Positions 58,176-64,000 of a DNA stretch of 64,000 bases are shown here, piece by piece; position 1 is the first letter of the stretch, and every line of letters starts with the position of its first letter. The DNA is taken from positions 3,197 through 67,196 of the forward strand of contig CAZPLB010000004.1 of assembly GCA_964587425.1 (NCBI GenBank), written 5' to 3'. The position numbers were made by a program, and so were the translations under genes. The notes below the pieces were generated by a model. It ran no database searches, was not told the DNA's origin, and saw nothing but the letters and a program-made list of their open reading frames with translations. Source of the DNA: an uncultured Gammaproteobacteria bacterium. Lineage in GTDB: Bacteria; Patescibacteriota; Microgenomatia; UBA8517.

Positions 58176-58925
58176 TCAATTGATGCCAATTTTTTGTTTA
58201 TGACGTTTTATGAAGCTAGCAACGTCAACGTATGTATAATTTTTGTCATATTTTTCAGATAAGATGTCAGATATTTCATCATTCGATTTGTTTGAAACAC
58301 TGAGCTCATATGCTTCTTTATCTCTATCAAAGTTTTTTATTGGTTGAAATTTCTTTTTGGTATAAGACGCAAGTCTTTTTTGGTGAAACTTGATTCTTGA
58401 CCATGCCTTCTTTATATCTTCAAGTCTAGTAGAATCATCTATCCCAATAGAAAGTTGTACTAGATCTGTGTCTAAGTCAAAATCCTCTCGAACTGTTACG
58501 TTTCCCACTATCCACATCGAGTCAAGATTGTTAAATAAAATATACCTTTGAATACTATGATGCCAACCTAAAGGCAACCTATGTTTTTCCAAGATTTTCT
58601 TTATACAGATATCCAATGCATTTATGGGAGCATCCTTGTTAAACTGACGTCGAAGATTGAAAGCTTCTTTAAACTTCTTTCCTTTTTCCAGCTCCAATTC
58701 TTCGATCTTTATCCTTGATATATTTTTTTCAAAATATTCGTCGTTGCTTAAATAAAAATTATGATGCCATTTTTCGCTTTGATCGTTATCTTTAATCCCT
58801 TCTTGAGGAATACTAAATCTTTCCCTGATTTCTGCCACATTTTTTTGAAAATCAGGGTTGGCAAGAGTCAGCCTTGCTCTTTGTTTTATCCTATTTGTTG
58901 GTTTCTTAACTTGTTTAGTTTTCAT
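58176..58925 (-). CDS. Hypothetical protein with possible C-terminal HTH
   Basis: 249-aa ORF co-oriented upstream of the MTase; RDKEAYEL...EISDILS. Confidence 0.6.
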   Translation of the reverse strand: MKTKQVKKPTNRIKQRARLTLANPDFQKNVAEIRERFSIPQEGIKDNDQSEKWHHNFYLSNDEYFEKNISRIKIEELELEKGKKFKEAFNLRRQFNKDAPINALDICIKKILEKHRLPLGWHHSIQRYILFNNLDSMWIVGNVTVREDFDLDTDLVQLSIGIDDSTRLEDIKKAWSRIKFHQKRLASYTKKKFQPIKNFDRDKEAYELSVSNKSNDEISDILSEKYDKNYTYVDVASFIKRHKQKIGIN

Positions 58926-58990
58926 TTTCTTAAACTGATTATACCTACTTTCTTGTTATAGGCGAGCCTGAGTTATATACTTCTGATGAA

Positions 58991-60199
58991 ATGAAATACA
59001 GAGTCTATGCCTTAATTCATGGTCAAACCCTTATGGAAGGGAAATTATTTGAGTGTGAAATTAAGAAGATGGAATTTGATGAACAAGCAAAAAGAAAGTT
59101 TGCCCCAATTCAAAGCGTTTTCTCCGAAGGAGAAGATTATGATTATTACAAAACTTATGTCACCTCTCTTCGATATATTGACCCTATAAAAATAAGGTCT
59201 GAACATGTAATTATTTGTGATATCGAGGAAGACAAACCTGGAGATGCACTAGGTGGAGCAATCAAAACAATCGAAAGAATAACCAGATTTTTGTCTTTAA
59301 CTTCTTTGGAAGATGTAAAGAGAAAATATGGAAGGAATAGAGGTAGTTTTGAACCATACGTTTATCAGGTAAATAAAATTTATTCTCTAAATAAAAATGG
59401 TAAAGAATCAGATGTTGGCTATAAGCTTGAAAGTGGACATATATATTTGCCAAATAGACCAGAACAGGAAAAATGGAGGGATCCCGGCACAAGTCAATTT
59501 TTAGATGAAATTTACAATTTCCACGACGAAACATTTGAGAGATCTCTCAAATATCTCTATCGATCTTCTATAGGACGTTTTGTTTTAGATAGTCAGGAGA
59601 AGATAGCATTGGATCATTTCAAATCAATTGAAATTATAATCAACTCATTATCAAAAGAACATGAGTTTAAGGATAGGTTGGCGGATGTCGCAGTAAAGAT
59701 AGGAATTACACCAAGAGAGCAAAAGAGAATTGAAGATTTTTGGGATGATAGGTCGAAGTATGGTGACATTGCTCATCCATCAAAATTTGACCAGGTTGAA
59801 AGATATCCAAACCAGTTTCCAGTACCCAGCAATACTAGATATTCCGGGAGTGGTTTTGATTCAATTGCTCCAAATATTCTCTTTAAATATTATCAGTACA
59901 TTAAAGGAGTTTTTATAATCGACATTGACGAACCATCTGGTGCGAATGGGTCAAACTCTAAAGAGGGTCGATTTGATAAAGTTTATGAAATCTCACAATA
60001 TGGCCCAAGTCACCACAACCATTTAGTTTTCTACACTTCAGAGAAAAACAAGCACAAATTAGTTAATAATTTAAAGAAGGCATTTTCCAAAAAATACAAA
60101 ATATCAGAGACTTCAATAACGGAAATAAAAATTCTCCCAAAGAAGAGTGGAAACTATAGCGAAAGGAGGGTTAGATTAAGAGTATGTACGACAATATAA
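58991..60199 (+). CDS. Hypothetical protein, HEPN/ApeA-like
   Basis: LDHFKSIE...DRSKYGDIAH (R-x7-H variant). Confidence 0.5.
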   Translation: MKYRVYALIHGQTLMEGKLFECEIKKMEFDEQAKRKFAPIQSVFSEGEDYDYYKTYVTSLRYIDPIKIRSEHVIICDIEEDKPGDALGGAIKTIERITRFLSLTSLEDVKRKYGRNRGSFEPYVYQVNKIYSLNKNGKESDVGYKLESGHIYLPNRPEQEKWRDPGTSQFLDEIYNFHDETFERSLKYLYRSSIGRFVLDSQEKIALDHFKSIEIIINSLSKEHEFKDRLADVAVKIGITPREQKRIEDFWDDRSKYGDIAHPSKFDQVERYPNQFPVPSNTRYSGSGFDSIAPNILFKYYQYIKGVFIIDIDEPSGANGSNSKEGRFDKVYEISQYGPSHHNHLVFYTSEKNKHKLVNNLKKAFSKKYKISETSITEIKILPKKSGNYSERRVRLRVCTTI

Positions 60200-61737
60200 A
60201 AATTGCTTTTGAAAGTTTAATTAAACATCCTCACTTCCAAATTCTAGTAAGAGAATATCGCCACAGGTTCGGTATTCCGGAATCTGGTTTTAGTGATTCA
60301 TCTTCTGAGGCATATAAAAATTGGGTAAATGAAGGTTTAAGAAAGTCAGATTATTTAAAAGATCAATTTCTATTTATAGCCAAAAGGTGTAAAAACCTTA
60401 TTCCAAACAGAGATCCAATCCCTAGCACCTTACTTGCATATTATTTTCTATTCGGACAAATTCCAAACGAATCATCTAGCCAAAATAGTTTTATCTTTTC
60501 TGTTAATCCAAGCGGAATTCTTGGCAGTTTCGATATAACTTTTACGACTCCATTAGTTTTCAGTTTGGATGAATTTTTGCAGGAGGTTGAAAAACATAAT
60601 CTGGAAATTAAACAAACAAGTGAAAACACAAGATTAGCTCTTTTTAATCTATCTAGTTCAAAAAAACCAAGGACATCGGAGTTTGACTCAACTCGCGACT
60701 TATTAGCAACAACCCCTGGCAATGGTTCAGATATTGTAGATCGAGTTCATAGAGATATGGCCTATTTAGTTGAGTTTGGTCGAATTGCATTAGAAGAACA
60801 TCTCCAAAATATGAAAGATGAAGATTTTGTTATTAATAGTTACGATGACAAAAATAAGCCCATGTTTCAACCAATACAACATATGGGATCCATTCTTTTG
60901 AATCGCGGACTATTTCCTATCGCTGAGGAATACTGGAAACAAATAGATGATGAGATTCAGATGTTTAATCGGCAAACTGGAAAAAGAGTTAATAGAGGCA
61001 TTCCATTAGCAAATACGGGTGTATCCCAAATTGCACAAGGGAAAGTTATAGAAGGTCTATTTAATATTTATAGAGGATATAACGACGATAAAGAATGTCT
61101 TCAGCATTTACCCGGAATTGTAATTGATCCTGAAAGGGACATGTCGAGAAGCGTTCTCTTTACTCAATTTGAAGAGAAACAAACTGCTGAACTTTTTAAT
61201 TTGATTGTTTCCAAATACAGCAATGTTTTTAATCCAGCACTGTCAAAAGAAGACCTTGCAGACTTTATTAAAAGTTTGGGTTCAGATAAAAAATTGCTTT
61301 TCTACATGATCCTTTATCGTTTATCTTTTGCTCTGAATTTAAACAATCAATTATCAACCGTCATTTCTAGAAGCGAGATTCTTAGGTCATTGGCGGAACT
61401 AGCTTTATGGTTTGAAGATGAGTTAAAAAGAAAAGATCCGGTTTTGATTGGTCGAACTTTGGTTCCGATATTGGATCAAAAAGTTGGTCAGTTAAATCCA
61501 ACCAGTGATCAATACACGAGGGCAGCAGACTTGGATGAGCTATCTAATAAAATATCCAGCGCACTACAAGCAACTGCTAATTTGGAAATTACAAACGCAC
61601 GAATTATTGGATGTTTAAGAAATTTTGCTGGCCACAATCTCGAAGTCCAAGACCACACATTTTTCCAAACTTGCGATGAAATTTTTGCACGGATGCTTTC
61701 TTTTATAATTTATTCAAGAGGTCAAAATTGGATTTAA
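60184..61737 (+). CDS. Hypothetical protein with C-terminal HEPN-type RxxxxH
   Basis: Central TPR-like segment; CLRNFAGHNL near the C-terminus; overlaps upstream gene by 16 nt. Confidence 0.55.
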   Translation: MYDNIKIAFESLIKHPHFQILVREYRHRFGIPESGFSDSSSEAYKNWVNEGLRKSDYLKDQFLFIAKRCKNLIPNRDPIPSTLLAYYFLFGQIPNESSSQNSFIFSVNPSGILGSFDITFTTPLVFSLDEFLQEVEKHNLEIKQTSENTRLALFNLSSSKKPRTSEFDSTRDLLATTPGNGSDIVDRVHRDMAYLVEFGRIALEEHLQNMKDEDFVINSYDDKNKPMFQPIQHMGSILLNRGLFPIAEEYWKQIDDEIQMFNRQTGKRVNRGIPLANTGVSQIAQGKVIEGLFNIYRGYNDDKECLQHLPGIVIDPERDMSRSVLFTQFEEKQTAELFNLIVSKYSNVFNPALSKEDLADFIKSLGSDKKLLFYMILYRLSFALNLNNQLSTVISRSEILRSLAELALWFEDELKRKDPVLIGRTLVPILDQKVGQLNPTSDQYTRAADLDELSNKISSALQATANLEITNARIIGCLRNFAGHNLEVQDHTFFQTCDEIFARMLSFIIYSRGQNWI

Positions 61738-61742
61738 AACTT

Positions 61743-62393
61743 ATGGACAAACTATTTTGTAATATTTGCAAAGAAGAAAAAGGTGTCACTAAATCCGGTA
61801 AAGAAGGGGTTGCTGATTTCTATATTCTTTCTTGTGGTCATCGGTTTCTAGCAGGATCCCTTTTTGAAAAAATTAAAATGAATGAACTGTTTAATTTTAG
61901 AGGAAAGGGCAAGACAAATATTAAATACACTAAGGGTGATCCTCAGCACAGTGCAAACTATGCTAAGAAATTCATTGAGTACGGAGATATTGATTATGAA
62001 GCTGCGACTGTTCTATTTAATATCCAAAACAGGGACTACGATTTCATGAACCAAGCAGCTTTTTTGTCGGCACAATCAATTGAAAAATATCTTAAAGCAT
62101 TTCTTTTTTGGAATTCAAAAACGCATTATCCAGGTTCAGGTGGTAAAGAAGTTTTAGAAAAATTCAAAGCGCTGAGCCATAACTTAGAAAATATTCTTGG
62201 CGAATGTGCAAAAGACAACAAAGATTTCTTAAAGTTTAAGAGTCAAATTAAGGAAGTTAACAAATATTCTCTACTTAAATATCCCGACGTTGAGGATGAA
62301 ATGGTTTATTCTGATTTGGGATTAACGATTAGTAGCGATATTTTGAAACATGTAAAATTGGTGGGAGACTTTATAAAAAAGTTATTACTGTAA
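61743..62393 (+). CDS. Zn-finger + HEPN domain protein
   Basis: CNIC...SCGH; DYEAA..L, AAFLSAQSIEKYLKAFL, HNL..L, KYP. Confidence 0.75.
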   Translation: MDKLFCNICKEEKGVTKSGKEGVADFYILSCGHRFLAGSLFEKIKMNELFNFRGKGKTNIKYTKGDPQHSANYAKKFIEYGDIDYEAATVLFNIQNRDYDFMNQAAFLSAQSIEKYLKAFLFWNSKTHYPGSGGKEVLEKFKALSHNLENILGECAKDNKDFLKFKSQIKEVNKYSLLKYPDVEDEMVYSDLGLTISSDILKHVKLVGDFIKKLLL

Positions 62394-62395
62394 AA

Positions 62396-62980
62396 ATGTT
62401 GTCTGATAAATTAATCAAAGAATATAAAGATATTTTTGAAGTAAAATACAAACGAAAAATATCTGACGAGGAAGCGCGAGAAGGCGCGCAAAATTTAACT
62501 AATTTATTTGAGATCTTCTACCAGCAATTCCAAACAGAACAGCGAAGAAAAGCAAAATTAAAAGATAACCCAGATGGTTTTCTTTTAGATGACCACGAAG
62601 GCGCTTATAACTGCCGGGTTTGCAACTATCCTGTTTCTGGAAAAGAAGCTTGGTGGGATTTAAACGGTGTTAAGTGCCTAGATTGTCAGAGAAATATCAA
62701 AGAGGGAGTTATTCCCGGAGAGATTTGTCAAAACGATGACCTTTGTATAAAAGAATGGCAATTACAATCTGATTACAGTCTTCACCCCTCTACAAGAAGA
62801 AAACTTATAAGAGAAGGTGTCCTTAAAGCACGAGATTTAAAGAGAGAGGATGGGTCAACCTACTATTCTGTTTATCTTGTGAGTGAAAACAAAGAGTTTT
62901 TCAAGAAATATCCTCAAAAACCAAAAATGAAGTTTGAATGGAAAACTGTTGATAGTAAAGGTAATGAAGTAAGGCCATAA
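62396..62980 (+). CDS. Hypothetical protein with Cys pairs
   Basis: N-terminal IKEYKDIF..KY...ISDEEARE; CRVC...CLDC. Confidence 0.65.
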   Translation: MLSDKLIKEYKDIFEVKYKRKISDEEAREGAQNLTNLFEIFYQQFQTEQRRKAKLKDNPDGFLLDDHEGAYNCRVCNYPVSGKEAWWDLNGVKCLDCQRNIKEGVIPGEICQNDDLCIKEWQLQSDYSLHPSTRRKLIREGVLKARDLKREDGSTYYSVYLVSENKEFFKKYPQKPKMKFEWKTVDSKGNEVRP

Positions 62981-63099
62981 GTATATCAAACTACATCATT
63001 ACTCCAATATCCTTTTTATACTGTCTCAAATGTCTCATTTAGCCTCGATTGTGATACACTCTTAGGTGAGTTATAAGGTCTAAACGGGTTCAGACCGGT

Positions 63100-63783
63100 A
63101 TGCTCAGCATGGATAATCTTCAACAGAAACAATGGACTATTCCGAAAGCTAAGAAAAATCTTCATGCTTGTAGATATCATTTGGTAAATATGTGGCGTTC
63201 TGTACACCCAGAAGAACTTCAGTACAATTTCGCAGCATTTTTGAGTGAAGCGTTGAGGGTAACTTGGGTATTACAAAATGAATATTGTAGAGATAAGAAA
63301 TTTATAAAGTGGTGGGGTAATATTGAAAAAGATAGTCGTACTGGAGGTAATAAGTCTAAACTTGAAAAAGGAACAAAAAGATACGAGATGAGGAATGACC
63401 AGCTGTGTAGTTTTTTTTACGATCTGAGAACTAAAATTTTGAAAGAAGGAGTATCGGGATTTGCAGTTCAATCAACAAAGATTCTGAAATTAGATACAAG
63501 GTTTGACATTAAGGATAAGCCAGAAGGTGCAAGTAGTTTTATATTTTCTGGAAATGGTGCTTACTGGTTGATTTACCCTAGTTCTTCTAAAGTAGATATG
63601 ATTCCAGCAAAATTCCAAACTACTGCCAATATTCAATATTCAATTACAAGTACTGATCTTCCAAATTCGCACCTTAATAAGTTAATTAAAAACAATAATT
63701 TACTGAAGAGTTGTGAACTTTATTGTCAGTATTTGAGTAGTTTACTTGAAGAGTGGACAGAGATATTAAATAAACATGATTGA
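63100..63783 (+). CDS. Hypothetical protein (degenerate HEPN-like helical fold)
   Basis: YNFAAFL..A..VT..LQ...FFYDLRTKILKEG. Confidence 0.55.
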   Translation: MLSMDNLQQKQWTIPKAKKNLHACRYHLVNMWRSVHPEELQYNFAAFLSEALRVTWVLQNEYCRDKKFIKWWGNIEKDSRTGGNKSKLEKGTKRYEMRNDQLCSFFYDLRTKILKEGVSGFAVQSTKILKLDTRFDIKDKPEGASSFIFSGNGAYWLIYPSSSKVDMIPAKFQTTANIQYSITSTDLPNSHLNKLIKNNNLLKSCELYCQYLSSLLEEWTEILNKHD

Positions 63784-64000
63784 AACACACCCCTTCGGTA
63801 ATTATGTTCCTAAGAGTGTCAAGTACTTAATGTTAGGAAGTTTTGTAACTAAGCCCTCCAATCCTTATGAATGGTTTTATGCAAATGGTCGAAATCAGTT
63901 TTGGCCGATTATGCAAGAAGTTTATGGTTTAGAGCTCAAAACTAAAGGGCAACAACAAAAACTTTTTATAGATTTGGAAATGGCGCTTACAGATATAATT
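63776..64000 (+). CDS. Uracil-DNA glycosylase superfamily protein, 5' part (truncated by window edge)
   Basis: Manual translation MIETHPFGNYVPKSVKYLMLGSF...WFYANGRNQFWPIM. Confidence 0.8.
   Translation, partial: MIETHPFGNYVPKSVKYLMLGSFVTKPSNPYEWFYANGRNQFWPIMQEVYGLELKTKGQQQKLFIDLEMALTDII

Larger units (their letters stand above)
47363..63783. mobile_element. Putative tRNA-Gln-adjacent integrated element / genomic island (boundaries uncertain)
   Basis: Abrupt switch from housekeeping genes to metal-uptake cargo, Shedu, serine recombinase, XRE, terminase, MTase and HEPN genes; no attR copy found by eye. Confidence 0.6.

Noticed and set aside
52704-58925. Calling the region a complete prophage
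   Set aside because: No portal, capsid, tail, lysis or replication genes are visible.
1-64000. Alternative genetic code (UGA=Gly)
   Set aside because: Conserved genes end at TGA, often in ATGA overlaps, at expected lengths, consistent with code 11.

Overview
Chromosomal segment of an AT-rich, reduced-genome bacterium using code 11. It is most consistent with the Candidate Phyla Radiation (Microgenomates-like): uL30 is missing from the spc operon, several ribosomal proteins are trimmed, and Nth has no Fe-S loop. This taxonomy is inference. Bases 1-13.5 kb hold the fused S10-spc-alpha-rplM/rpsI ribosomal superoperon. Bases 13.5-47.4 kb hold housekeeping and envelope genes: recA, recX, rny, HU, miaA, rnpB, dtd, nth, cca, recJ, aspS, dac, gltX, tRNA-Pro(GGG), tRNA-Gln(CTG), glycosylation enzymes and large repeat-rich surface proteins. 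From tRNA-Gln to about 63.8 kb lies a probable integrated element. It carries a Fur/Zur-controlled Zn ABC + YibE/F operon, a Shedu nuclease, a large serine recombinase, an XRE regulator and a run of HEPN-like genes. It also carries a translationally coupled ParB-MTase/TerS-like/TerL operon with no portal, capsid or tail genes in view. Highlights: this capsid-less terminase element, the HEPN cluster, a tRNA-Pro with a non-canonical T-loop/D-loop elbow, a roughly 300-nt minimal RNase P RNA, and recurring leaderless promoters. All family calls are by eye from motifs; no searches were run.
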